DNA from: Microthyrium microscopicum
Lineage: Eukaryota
Direction of reading: 5' to 3'
Length of the DNA: 64,000 nucleotides
Assembly (NCBI GenBank): GCA_010405405.1
Contig: MU004248.1
Coordinates: 1-64,000 of the forward strand
In this document: piece by piece, positions 1 through 12,105 of the stretch
Layout: each line of letters starts with the position of its first letter
How positions within the stretch are numbered: position 1 is the first letter of the stretch
The notes under the pieces: model-generated
What the model saw: only the letters and a program-made list of their open reading frames with translations
Told to the model about the DNA's origin: nothing
Databases searched by the model: none
Translations under genes and position numbers: made by a program

Positions 1-394
1 TACTGATGAATTCATCTTAACGGTAATTCCGCTTAGTACGAGAGGAACCGCGGATTCAGATAATTGGTTTTTGCGGCTGTTCGACCGGGCAATGCCGCGA
101 AGCTACCATCTGCTGGATTACGGCTGAACGCCTCTAAGTCAGAATCCATGCCGGAACGGGATGATCTTCCTGCGTCGCCGTAGTCGTGTACGAATAGGCT
201 TCGGCCCCGAACCTTAGCAGGCGGGCAACGAATTACTCTGAGAAACAGTGTGGTTTAGCTCGTGAAATGCAATTTTACAGCGCGCAGGGTTAAAACCTTT
301 GCAGACGACTTAGTTGCCAAACAGGGTGATGTAAATAGTAGAGTAGCCTTGTTGTTACGATCTATTGAGTCTAATCCCTATGTTTGCTTGTTTG
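1..394 (+). rRNA. 3' end of nuclear LSU (25S/28S) rRNA gene, 5'-truncated by the window
   Basis: Sarcin-ricin loop AGTACGAGAGGAAC, GGCTGAACGCCTCTAAGTCAGAATCC, and terminal motifs TTTGCAGACGACTTAG and AGTAGAGTAGCCTTGTTGTTACGATCT. The 3' end is approximate. Confidence 0.97.
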
Positions 395-692
395 AAGACT
401 TTGAGAAAAATTTCTTCCGATTTAATTTAGTGGCCTTGATGCTACTGTTAGAGCGGGAAAATATCTAAATTTGGGTCTGATATGTGCGCAGGTCTACGTG
501 TATTATTGTTGGCGCAGTTTTGGCGAAGTGACATACATACCTTCGAGGGTGGAGCCGGCGATAAGTTCTTGCTGCACGATGGATGCTACGCTGACGACCT
601 CCCTGAAGCTATCGAAATGGTGCCTCTCATCAAAGCGTTGTAACATACAGGTATTGCCTTGGGTATAACTTCATTTAGCTGTATTTACATCA

Positions 693-723
693 ATTCTACC
701 TCACTCAGTCAGTGAGGTAGAAT
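693..723. other. Perfect inverted repeat, 13-bp stem and 5-nt loop
   Basis: ATTCTACCTCACT (693-705), CAGTC, AGTGAGGTAGAAT (711-723). Confidence 0.9.
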
Positions 724-729
724 AGTAGC

Positions 730-768
730 AAGCAATGACCTGCGCATAGGGCTTGCAGGTTATTGCTT
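730..768. other. Inverted repeat, 14-bp stem with one G-U pair and 11-nt loop
   Basis: AAGCAATGACCTGC (730-743) pairs with GCAGGTTATTGCTT (755-768). Confidence 0.85.
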
Positions 769-844
769 CTTATTGTTTTCACTACCCCATATGTCCCTTT
801 TGGTGTGGTCCTGCCTTTCGACTATTAGTAAATACTTTATCAGC

Positions 845-950
845 TTTCGCAACAATAGATTCCTTCTATCAATATATTGTAGTTTGACGAGAAAGCCATA
901 TAGTTTCGCAAGAGGAGACTACTTCTATTAATATATTGTAGTTTGACGAG
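845..950. repeat. Two-copy imperfect direct repeat, 59-bp period
   Basis: TTTCGCAA at 845 and 904; CTTCTATYAATATATTGTAGTTTGACGAG at 863-891 and 922-950. Confidence 0.9.
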
Positions 951-1060
951 TACAAAATTACTGACTGAAGAGCATATTCTAGAGATGCTTTGTAGCTATA
1001 AGCGAATATTAGATCTTTACTAGCCAGATCTTCAGCCTTACTTACATATTAACCACATGG

Positions 1061-3224
1061 TTATCCTTCCTCCTCATCGCTTTCCTCCTCCTCATCGCTT
1101 TCCTCCTCCTCGCTTTCCTCCTCCTCGCTTTCCTCCTCCTCCTCATCATCAACCTCAGTTTCCTTCCAATTCCATAGCATGCATCGTCTATCATCGAGGC
1201 CATGAAACTGAATGCCACGTAGAGAAGGAATACTTTCCCTGAGATATTCAAGAAGATTGTCTTTATTTTCATCATTTTCATCATCATGAAAATGGACAAA
1301 ATGTAACTCCATGAAATCTATCCGACTCTCCCCGGGCTGCCCAATAGGCGCTAGTGTTTGTGACCACTCCACGCCATTCACAACCAGTGAATCTAATTGC
1401 GGACAAAGGTTGCAAAATCTAACCAAGTCCTCGAGAGACAACCCAAGCTGCCCTGCTTGAAGCCTAGGATCTACCTGGATGCAAACTCCCCTGACTTTAG
1501 GCAAGGCTAAAGCAAGCTCTTCTAGAAAATCTCGGTTCATTGCTCCAAGCGGAGAGCCGACTGAGTCTACCAACTCGAGTTCGATCAGCTTCGGTGCCGC
1601 CCGCAACAGCCGGAGGAGACTGGACTTGGCCACATCAACTAGATCTGATCCCGGGAAAGGTCCATAAGTCTGAATATGAAGATATTCAAGCTTTGCCAGG
1701 TTACAGTATACAGGCAATGTGTCGAGCAAGGCTATATACTGATCCATGGCTGTATCGTGGTGATAGATACTATAGATACTAGGGGTTTCAATGTATATGC
1801 TCTGAAGGGAAGGTAACTGGGCAAAATTGGACACAATATAGCTTGTAAGACCCAGATTTGCAGCTTGTAGGCACATGTGCGTTATTTCGGGAAAGATTGG
1901 CCCGGTTTTCCTGAATATATGTTCCCATTGATCAAAAGATCCTGCTAGACTGCAGCGCAAGACCTGGATCGGTGATCGTGCGATGGCACACAGGAGATTC
2001 GTATTGTCGAGTGGCCTAGATGACATGGAAAGAATCTTTATGCTTCTTGCTTCAAGCAATGCTGCCAGTTGGTCCGTAAAGATTTGAGCACGCATACCAT
2101 GAACTGTCGCAAGTCTTAGAGCTTGCAGATTTGGCGCTGCCGTAGCTGATCTTAGAATGCGAGCCAGGAGATCTGTATCCAATGGTGGATTTTCGGGATG
2201 CTGTACCAACTCGCCGCCTGGGTTCAATCGTATGTAATCTCTAGCCTCCATACAGTATATCGACAAGGACTTGAGCGCATCGTTGAAGAGTTGTGTCATA
2301 GGTATCACGTCGTATGGTGGGCTATCCAGCACCAAGACTTCGAGCCTAGGAAACCAAGTTTCGGGTGAGCGCCACTTCCTCATCTGATTAAAGACAGCGG
2401 GATCAATTTGAGGTATGTGTGCCACTGGATTAGTGCCGGGATTGCACCAAAAACGAGCATATTGGGAATACAGGTCGAAGCGTATCCAATCTTGTTCTTC
2501 CATATCTCGCACAAACGTCTAGTCATAGATGTAGAAATTAGCCTTTTATTTTCTAGTCCTCCAAGAACACGATCTTTCTTCTCGTAACATACCAGCTGAG
2601 AAGCATGCTTGCAAATTAAAACATCATAAGCTCCATAGATTTTAGCGTTATTTGCATCGAGCAAGTTGTGTTGCTCCCGCAGATTTACGATTTGACGTTG
2701 AGAATTGAATAGAACCTTTCGCCGTGCATTGCGCTCCTCAATTAGGTATCGTTTCAGGGGCGTGGTACCAACTTCTTTCCACAATGAGCGTGGAAATGTT
2801 TTGAGTAGACTGGGAGTTGTTAGCGTCAGAACATGGAGGCATGTAATGTTCGCCTATATTGTTTTTGGAATAACAAGTTTGTTTCTCACATAACTAACAC
2901 GATCTAGTGACTGAGAGAGAAATTGAGAAGAGCGAGGGCAAGTTGGCAGCCATACTCCATCATAGAGGGCACCATGCTCCCAAGACTTGGCAGCACGGTA
3001 TCGAAGAAAGCTTTGCAAGTCAAGCCCAGGGATAAAAGATCCTTAGAGGGATGTGTTGTATGGAAGCTGCCATTCCTCCAGGGTGCCCAGCATTGGTCCG
3101 CATCCTTGGCGTATTCATTGAGGAAGACCTCATCTCCAAGGACGTCCTGAACTTGTAAAGCCTCTCCCACGATGCTTTCTACGATGAGTAGTCGTATTTC
3201 GGAGATGTCAAGTGCTCTGTGCAT
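1061..3224 (-). CDS. F-box-like / leucine-rich-repeat-like protein with acidic tail, 647 aa, 3 exons (3224-2956, 2809-2593, 2518-1061)
   Basis: Three ORFs join in frame via introns 2955-2810 (GTATGG..GCTAAC..CAG) and 2592-2519 (GTATGT..GCTAAT..TAG). Product reads MHRALDISEIRLLIV...DLLSLGLTCKAFFDTVLPSL...SMMDLLKTFPRSLW...DWIRFDLYSQY...WFPRLEVLVL, then LxxLxL repeats. Family assignment is by motif recognition. Confidence 0.85.
1067..1150. repeat. Coding minisatellite (15- and 18-nt units) encoding the acidic C-terminus
   Basis: TCCTCCTCCTCGCTT and TCCTCCTCCTCATCGCTT units encode EEEES / SDEEEE on the minus strand. Confidence 0.9.
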
Positions 3225-3489
3225 CTTGTGTCCTATGGTCGCGAACAGATTGGAATAAGTGATAGAGGTAGCGTCGAGGAACAATGACAGGAAAGCTTTA
3301 CAAGAACAATCATTTGCTAGAGTTGTCCTTGTTCAAGATAGTTAATAACTTGATGCAGATTTTAGCCTCTTCAACCCGGCTCAAAGAACAGAAAAAAAGT
3401 GGTAAAAAGCAAGTTCGTGCGCACAGACCGGCCTTCAGCCTTGTTCTCAGCCTTACAAAGGCTTTGTATCTTAAAAACATGAAAGCATC

Positions 3490-3645
3490 TGTCACGGTCA
3501 CGGAGCTAATGTAGTAGTAGTATAGTAATATAATTAAGAAACAAACTTTAAGGTTTATTCTACTGCTACTCTAGTAGAGGATATATCTTTTAAGGATACA
3601 AGCTATATAATCTATACTTAGAGTTAGGGTTTAGTTCCTATAATA
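3490..3645 (-). repeat. 3' LTR of element A
   Basis: Colinear with 49502-49657; differences are C/T and G/A transitions. Confidence 0.93.
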
Positions 3646-6600
3646 TAATCTCTTCCTTTTTATAATTAGTAAATATACTTAGCTATTTTGTTTACTTATT
3701 AAACTTCTAAGTATAAAGCTTTATATAGAGCCTTTATAACTTTAAAAATAGCTTTAATACTACTCTTTAGAAAATACTCTTTTATAGTTAAGAATAATAT
3801 TAGCCTAGTTAATTTATTAACTATAAAATTAGTTTTAAATTTAGTAATTAGTAACTAGTTTACTTAATTATTCTACTAATAATTAATATAAGCTTATAAG
3901 TACTACTTTAACTTTATATTTATAATTTTAGTCTAGCTATTAATCTTTAAGTAGAATAATATAGAAAGCTTTAGCTTAGTTCTAATTTAAGTATATAAGT
4001 ACTACTAAACTTTAAAAATAAACTAAAAGCTTTTATTAAAAACTATTATATTTAAATAGCCTTCTAAATACTATATATAATCTATAAACTCTTAAATAAC
4101 TACTTTAACTTCTAGACTATTTAATAATATATACTATTTTAACTTACTTAGCTAGTCTACTATAACTATTATATATTTATATACTTAGCTAGTATAATAA
4201 TACTTTAGTAATAAAGTAATAAAATTTATACTAATATCTACCTAGTATTTTATAAATATTAATAGTTAATAAAATAAGCTTTACTTTATTATCTTAAATA
4301 GCTTAACTTTTTTATACTTAATATACTTTACTATATAATTTATAATATTTTTTATAATATAAGGCTAATAATATAACTAAGTAATATATTTATATAAAGT
4401 ATTATAATTTATATAGCTACTTATTAGTAAATTATAAGATACCTTTAATATATTAAGAACTAGGATACCTCTAGTTTAAGATAACTACTAATAGAATATA
4501 TCTATATAAGATAAAGCATTATTAGTTAGGTTAACTAATAATAACCTATTATAAATATAGATAGCTTAGTAAAGTCTTTATAGCTCTAAGTAATAAAGAA
4601 AAGGGATTATAAGGATCTAAGTAACTTTCTAGTAATTACTCTTATCTTTATTTTTATATATCTATTTAAACTATAATAATTATAGTCTTTACCTACTTAG
4701 AATAACCTATTTTTAATATAGTAATTACTTCTTAATCTTTAAGTACTTAAAGAAATTATTTTTATCTTTTATCTAATTAGAAACTATATCTAATAGTAAA
4801 TATTTAGACTTTAGTACCTAGATAAGACTTAGGTAGCCTTAACTATTAGGCTAAGGGTTACTAGTACTTATTATACTCTAAACTAATATATTTAAAAGTC
4901 TATTAGACTTATTTAATATTAAACTAGCTAACTCTAATCTACTTAGGCCTAAGAAAACCTAAAATAACTTTATAATACGCTATAAAAAAGAACTTAATAT
5001 ACTTATTAATAAAAAGAAGCTAGAACTTAAGATATAAAAGCTAATAGTAAAAGCTAGAGCAATTTAGTCTAGTAAGCTTAAAACTACTTAAGAGTTAGAG
5101 AACTTTAACTAAGTTAATATAATAAAACTTAATTAGTATTTTTTAAGCTAAGCTCTTACCCTCTTAGGACCTTTAAACTAAAATAGGCTTAAGATAGAGC
5201 TTTATAAAGGGAAGAGTCTCTAGAAATATATATCTTAGGTTAATAATATTAAATAGAAGTTTATTAAACTCTTTTATTAAAAGAATACTTATAACTAGTA
5301 ACTCTACTAGTATATTTATAAATATAATTAGCTTAAGAAAGAGCTATTATAAATAGGATTAAATAATTTTATCTTCTATAAGAAGTCTTAAGACTTAGGA
5401 TTCTAAAAGATATAGTAAGTAGTCTAAGACTACGTATTAGGCTATCTAAGCTACTTTATAAAGTAAGAATATATTACTTTTAAGAAGTCTTAAATAATTA
5501 AATTAGGTTAATACTATCCTTAAGAGCTCTATAATAACCTTCTTAGGTTATAGAAGAAATAGGAGTATAATAACTAAAAAGATTATTTCTTTTAGTTCTA
5601 TAGAAGCCTTCTTAAGAATATATAAGAGAAGATTCTCTTTAATAAGAAGTTTACTACTACTATAGTTAAAGAGGCCCTTAAAAAGGCTAACTTATACTAG
5701 ACTCTTAGTTCTATAGAGGCTAAGGCTTATTTTGCTTCTAAAAAGATAAACCTAAAATAACCTTTTCTAAAATAACGCTTATACTCTTTAAAAGATAAGC
5801 ATAAGTATAAGAAGGGCTTAAAAGAGCTAAGAATACCTAGAAAGTTCTTCTATCCTTTAAAGGATAGTAAAGTAGAATAGGCTATACCTAAAATAACTTA
5901 GAATATAGATATTTTACTAGAGTTTAACTTAAAAAAGGTTAAATACTTTAAATATAGTAAACTCTACTTTAAAATAGAATATTCTAAGCTATAAAGGAAA
6001 AATAAGACTATAAAGTTATAAACTAGGACTTAGTAGCTTCTTTTATTAATAAGATAGCCTAGCTTAGTACTAAATAGCTTTATAAGACTATTATTATATA
6101 CGTTCTAGAGACGTTAAGAGCTAAGAATAATAACTTATTTAGTAAGATAAACTTTATAAGACTAAAGTTAAAGTAAATATACCTATAAAGGAGTTTAAGA
6201 AATAATAAGAGCTAGGAGGCCTTATTCTTAGATATTATAATTAATTATAGGTTATACTTTAACGTTATAGATATTAAGCTAGCTAAAAGATTTTAGCTCT
6301 ATATTACTCTCCTTTCTAAAATACTTATAACGTACCTAGATAGTACTTCTATATAAATTTATAGAGTTATAGAAGCTATAGTAATAGTAGTTAACTTAAA
6401 TAGCTTCTCTAAGACTAGAATAGGGTTATTTTATATTATAGACTCTTTATATTACTTTATTATTATAAGAATACCTTAGTTAGAGAAGTAGAATCTTCTT
6501 CTAGACTTTAAGAATAAGACCTTTACGTAAGAGTAACTTTTTAGTAGCTTCTATAGTAAGATAGAGACTATAAATACTAATAAGTTCTCTAAGTTAGCTT

Positions 6601-6899
6601 AGAATAGTTTATCTTAACTATTTAATTATTTAGTTAAGTTACTAGACCTAAATTTATCTATAGAAGAGCTCCTATATTATAGGTTAGATAATAAAGAGAT
6701 AAGTTATATTATAAGCCTACTAAATAGGAAAGTAACTTAGAGAGAAAGAAGAGTTAAGAGACTCTTTAATTAAGGTATTTATATATAATAGGGATAGTCT
6801 AAATAAGTATAGCTTTAGGGGGTTTAACTCCTAATATTATCTCTTCTATTTAAAAAATTCTAGCTAAAATACTAAATTAATTATAAGATCCTAATCTTA

Positions 6900-8200
6900 T
6901 TTAGCTATGTCTAATACTTACTATTCTTATAGTTTATAATAAAGCTTCTATTTATAACGTATAGATCTATATATTTACTTTTAGGTATAAAATATAAAGC
7001 TTAAGTTATTAACTATTAATTCTATATTAGTATTTTGCCTATTTTAGACTAAATTCTAAGTATAAGGCCCCTTTTTTAGTATATAATATTAGTTCTTTTT
7101 AGTTATAATTCTATAAAGGTTACTTAATTAATAAGTTATTTTATTTATACTTAGTTAGAGCTCTATTATAATATTAAGGAATAAAATTAAAAGAATATAA
7201 CTATAATTAAGTTATTATANNNNNNNNNNNNNNNNNNNNNNNNNNNNNNTTAATTAATTAATTAATTAAGTAAGTTATTTATTATAATAGCTATAGCCTT
7301 ACTAACTATATAGAGATAGCTACCCTAATTATTAACGCTTTTAATAATACTATTAGCTTTAATAGTTATATTCTTATTACTATTACTTTTCTTTATATAT
7401 ACGTTACTAACTATAATACTTCTTAATCTTATTTACTTACTATATATAAGGTAGCTATACGTAAGGCTTATTAGAACGATATAAATAAGAGCCTTTACTT
7501 TCTTAACTAAGTTCTATTTTATTACTAGAATAATATTATTTATAACCCTTATCTTTATTTGCTAACTACTCTTTAATATAAGAAGGTATATATAGTTATT
7601 AATTATTATAATCTATAAAATTATACTTTATTTAAGGTACTTTATATTAACTAGATTATATGTACTTCTCTAGCCTTTCTTAATTTATATTAATATATTT
7701 ATAGAGTAAAGCCCTTTATATTATAGCTAACTATTCTTTTAACTCCTTTAATAAGCGTCTTAACTTATTAAATACCTTCTCTAAAGAATTTACTAATAAT
7801 TTATAGCTTAACGTTTATAGTATTATAATTTATTAAAGCTCTCTTAGTATAATTTAGTTAATTAGTAGCTAAGCTAGTTATCTTAAAGCCTTAGGTATTT
7901 ATTATATAAGTATCTTATAATTCCTTATTAAAAATAAGTAAAATAAGACTTATAAAGAGTAGTATTATACTTATTATATTAACTATTTTAATTTAAAGAA
8001 TTAGCTATAATATATAGATTACGTTTAGCCTTTAGGATTTCGTAGTAATATATATTTAAACTACGTCTATAATAATAATATTAGCTTAGCTAAGAAGTAT
8101 CTTTATAATAATAAAGAGAAGGTTACTAAAGAAGATAAGAATCTTTTACTATTAACTATCTACTTTAGTTCTTCTATACTCTAAGGTACTACTTAGGTTT
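6900..8200 (+). pseudogene. Putative RIP-decayed intron-containing cargo gene antisense to element C, with a Cys-cluster relic
   Basis: 44-nt intron-like segment 7270-7313 (GTAAGT..ACTAAC..TAG) plus other donor-like sites. Frame 7975-8106 has only TAA/TAG stops and a Tyr spacing that de-RIPs to a six-Cys pattern. Boundaries approximate; contains an N gap. Confidence 0.5.
7220..7249. other. Assembly gap (30 N)
   Basis: Run of N. Confidence 1.
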
Positions 8201-11200
8201 ATCTTTTTTAGTAGTAAGAGTTTATTAAGTATATCTTATTTCTTTAGTTTTTTTATATTTTTATAATTTTCTAGTTTTATTTAGTAAAAAAAAAAGTCTT
8301 AGTATAGATAAAAGAAAAGTATTTCTATATATAGGTTATAAATAGTATTTTTAATTATATTTTTATAGAATTAATTACTATAATAAGAAGGCTAGTTTTT
8401 AATCTTAGTTATACTTAAAGAATAGACTAGTTTAGTACTAATCTTTTATAATTATCTTATATATATTTTATTTTCTCTATTTACTTTATATAAGCTTCTA
8501 ACTATTTAATAAAGTTAATTAGTTCTTTTATTATATTTAAATAATTTACTTATTTAATAACGTAAATTATATAAAGTTTACTCTTTATTATCTTTTTATA
8601 TTTTTTAGCTATAATCTTCTTTATTAGCTACTTTTCTTATTCTTTTTTATCTAAGTTCTTAACTAAGATTAGTAGTAGATAAGAATTATTAACGTCTTAA
8701 CTTAGAAATAAGTTATTTATTATTAGTCTAAGTAAATTAATATAGAATTTCTTAGTTCTTTATAACGTATTTAGTATAATTATATATAAGCTTACTACCT
8801 TTATAACTTAAAACTTAGAGTAATAGTAATTAAACTTCTTCTTTACTTATTTAGTCTTAGTATTCTTTAGGTTTAGCTAGACCTAATTACTAACTTTATA
8901 CTTAGACGTTTAGATTCTTATTTAGTTAACTTATTTTTATATCTTTTCTTAGATAAGGGTTATAATATCTTAAGCTTATTTTATAGCTTTTAAAATTATA
9001 TAAGTAGCTTCTTTTCTCTTTTCTTTTAAAGTATTCTTTTATTTAGATAAGAAAGCTTACTTAGAGAAGTCTAAGAAAGTAAAGTTTTTAAAGCTATAAA
9101 ATAAAAAGAAGAGTAAGAGTTTTATTATAAATAAGCATTATAAGTTAAGTATAAGTTAAAGTATTAGTATTAGTAAGAACTAGTTTAATTATATATAATT
9201 TATATATATTTATATTTTAGCTTTAATATTTAAGTTCTACTATTTTATAAAGCTATTTATTTAAGAGTAAAATATAGTTAATAGCTATAGTTTTATCCTT
9301 AGTAGTATATAGAACCTTATTTAGAAATTTCCTATAAATACTAAGTTATAATTATAGATAATTATATTAGGAATACTATAGAAAGAATAGACGTATTATA
9401 AGAAAATAGTTATAACGTCTTTAGCTTCTCTCTAAGTAAAAAAAATTAGAATTACTCTTTTATTTAGCTAATTAGTAATAACTATTAAGATTATATATTT
9501 ATTTAATAAAGGAAGATTTATTATAAAATCTATAAATAGTTCTTACTATTATTAGCTTAGAATAAGTAGAGGCTTTAGAAAGCCTCTTTTTTACTTATAA
9601 CTAACTTTTAATTAGCTATATATATTATAATTTTTTATAAAATGCCTTATATTAGCTATAATTTTAGGCTAAAAAAAGTATAGCTATAGAGTTTAGTAAG
9701 TTCTTTTATAGTTAGGATAGCCTTAAGTTAAAAACGTATAAGCTACTTATAGTATTACTATCTATAAAGGTTTTAGATTTAGGATCTATAGTTATCTTCT
9801 TTAATAAAGATAATCCTTACTATTAATTAAGTAGTTAGAAATAGAGATTTTAATATTTATAATTAATAGAGAAAACTTCTATTTACTAGCTTTAATTATT
9901 TAATAGGCTACTTAATAAATATTATTAGTCTATACTACCTTATTCTATTAAGTTACTAATAGTTTTAGGACGTTTAATATTAATAGTAGTAAGCTAAGAA
10001 TTAAAGCTTTATTAGCTAGTAAAGTCTCTACTAATTTATCTTTAACTATTATAAGAAGGGTAGTAATATAAATAAGTAAGGCTTATAGTAATTTAAGTAA
10101 TTAATCTTCTTAAGTATAAAGTAGTTAGAAAGTTCTAGCCTAGATCCTCTTATTAGCTATATTCTAAAGTATATTTTATTTATAATAAGAAAAACTATCT
10201 ACTATATTATTTTATAGGCCTAAATAGTACTTAATTATTATATTATACTTTATAAGTTTAATAGACTATTAAATATATCTTTTTATAAGCTTTTATAGTT
10301 TTATAAAATGCTCTAAGTTCTTATAATTAAATATTACTTTAAACTTTTCTATTACTTATAGTTCTAAGTCTTATTTTTTTAGAGTAAGTATAATTATAAG
10401 TATCTCTTTATTATAGATTAAGTAGTTACTTTAAGTAGAGTTATACTTTTTAAAGAAATAGGCTACTAGTTAAAACTTACTTATCTTATCCTTTTATACT
10501 AATATAGCTTCTAAAGAATAACTAAAGAAGTTAGTATAGATAAAAGTCTTTTTATTATAGTTAAATAAAGCTAGTATTTAGTTAGTAGTAAAGAGCTATT
10601 TTAGCTTCTTAAACGTAGCTCTCTTTAAGTCTTTAAATAAAAAGAGAATATTCTTCTAGGTAAGTTAAATAAAAAGTTTTATAATTATTTAAAAGTTTAG
10701 TATAAATTTATAATAGAAATTAATAAAGCTAAGGAAAGCTTAAACTCTATAAACATTCTTAAGAGCCTTCTATTCTTAAATTACTTTAACTTTAGCTAAG
10801 TCTATTAAGATTTTTTATCTAGCCTTAATAATATAACTTAAGTATATTATCTAAGTAGTTATAAATTTATACTTCTAAATATTAAGGTAGAGTCCTACTT
10901 TTTATAGCTACTTAAAGACTTTATAAATATAAGCCTTATATTACTTCTTAGTATTTAAGTTAAAAATTAAGACGTTATTTAAGTATATAAAAATATAGTT
11001 ATTTAAGATATCCTAAAGAGTAGAGTTAATAAACCTTTAAAAGATACTTAGAGTATTTAATAACCTAAATAATATTACTATCTATTTAAATAAGCTATAT
11101 TATATCTAAAAAGCTATCTTTTACTTATTACTCTTATATATTTAAATCTTATAGAATACTTAAGATATATCTAGCTTAGTAAACTATTATATCTTTCCTA

Positions 11201-12105
11201 AAGCATTTAGTATCTTATAAATAAGTAGTAAAAGGTAATAATCCTTTATAGTTAACTTATTTAACGTATAGTAGTTATAATAAAACTAAATTAATCTATC
11301 TACTTTATAAATAAAGAGAATTAGTACTCTAATAAATAAGTTACTTACTTAAATAAACCTACTTTCTAGTAGATTATTAAGGATTTTTCTAAGGGCTAGT
11401 AATTTATCTTAATTTATAGAGTATAATACCTACTAAGGTAACTAAGGTTTCTTTCTATTAGCGTTTAGAATTAGGTTAATCTTATAGTCTATAGAAAGGC
11501 CTTAAATAAGTAGCTATTTATTAGCTAGCTTTCTTTAAAAAAGGTTAAGATAATCTAAATACTATTTAGGAAGCTTCCTATAAAGATTAATATACTTCTT
11601 AGAAGTAAGGGCTTTTTATAAGTTATAAAGACTTATAGTAAAGACTTATATAATTAGTATTAAGCCTTCTTAAGACTATCTTACCTACTTTCTAGCTTAT
11701 TAAGTAAGTATCTTAAATATTATAACTCTAATAGCTACGTAGTTATACTTCTTTTAAGGAGTCTTTAGACTTATAATTATATAACCTATTTTATTAAAGA
11801 CTAGCTTCTTAAGTTTTATATAGAGAATAATATCCTATTTCTTTATCTAAGGTAGACTAAGAATTATATTATAGCTTAGAGTCTCTTTTACTATAAAGGC
11901 TTAAATAGTTTCTTTATAGCCTTTAATATTAATCTTTATAATTATTATTTTATAAATTTCTCTAACCTTATTATTTATCTCTTTAATAGAAATTGCCTAA
12001 GGTAGTAATATACGTTTAAGTTTATATCTTTAGATAAAATAGAGACTTATAAGGAAATAGGTTAAGTAGCTACTATTAATAAAGCCTATATATAAAGAAA
12101 GTTAA

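Noticed and set aside
1..394. Group I intron or R2-like insertion in the LSU
   Set aside because: The visible LSU segment appears colinear with the standard fungal 3' end, with no insertion.
262..668. Short plus-strand ORFs (68 and 65 aa)
   Set aside because: They overlap the LSU rRNA or its 3' spacer, have non-ATG starts and show no protein features.
1042..1299. Arg-rich (RRRKA) and Pro-rich (PPHRF) ORFs
   Set aside because: Alternative-frame and antisense readings of the minisatellite encoding the F-box acidic tail.
1..3489. Chimeric assembly or contaminant origin of the rDNA/F-box segment
   Set aside because: Matching LTRs and the GCATC TSD link 3489 to 49658, and the nested TSD chain is consistent across both N gaps.
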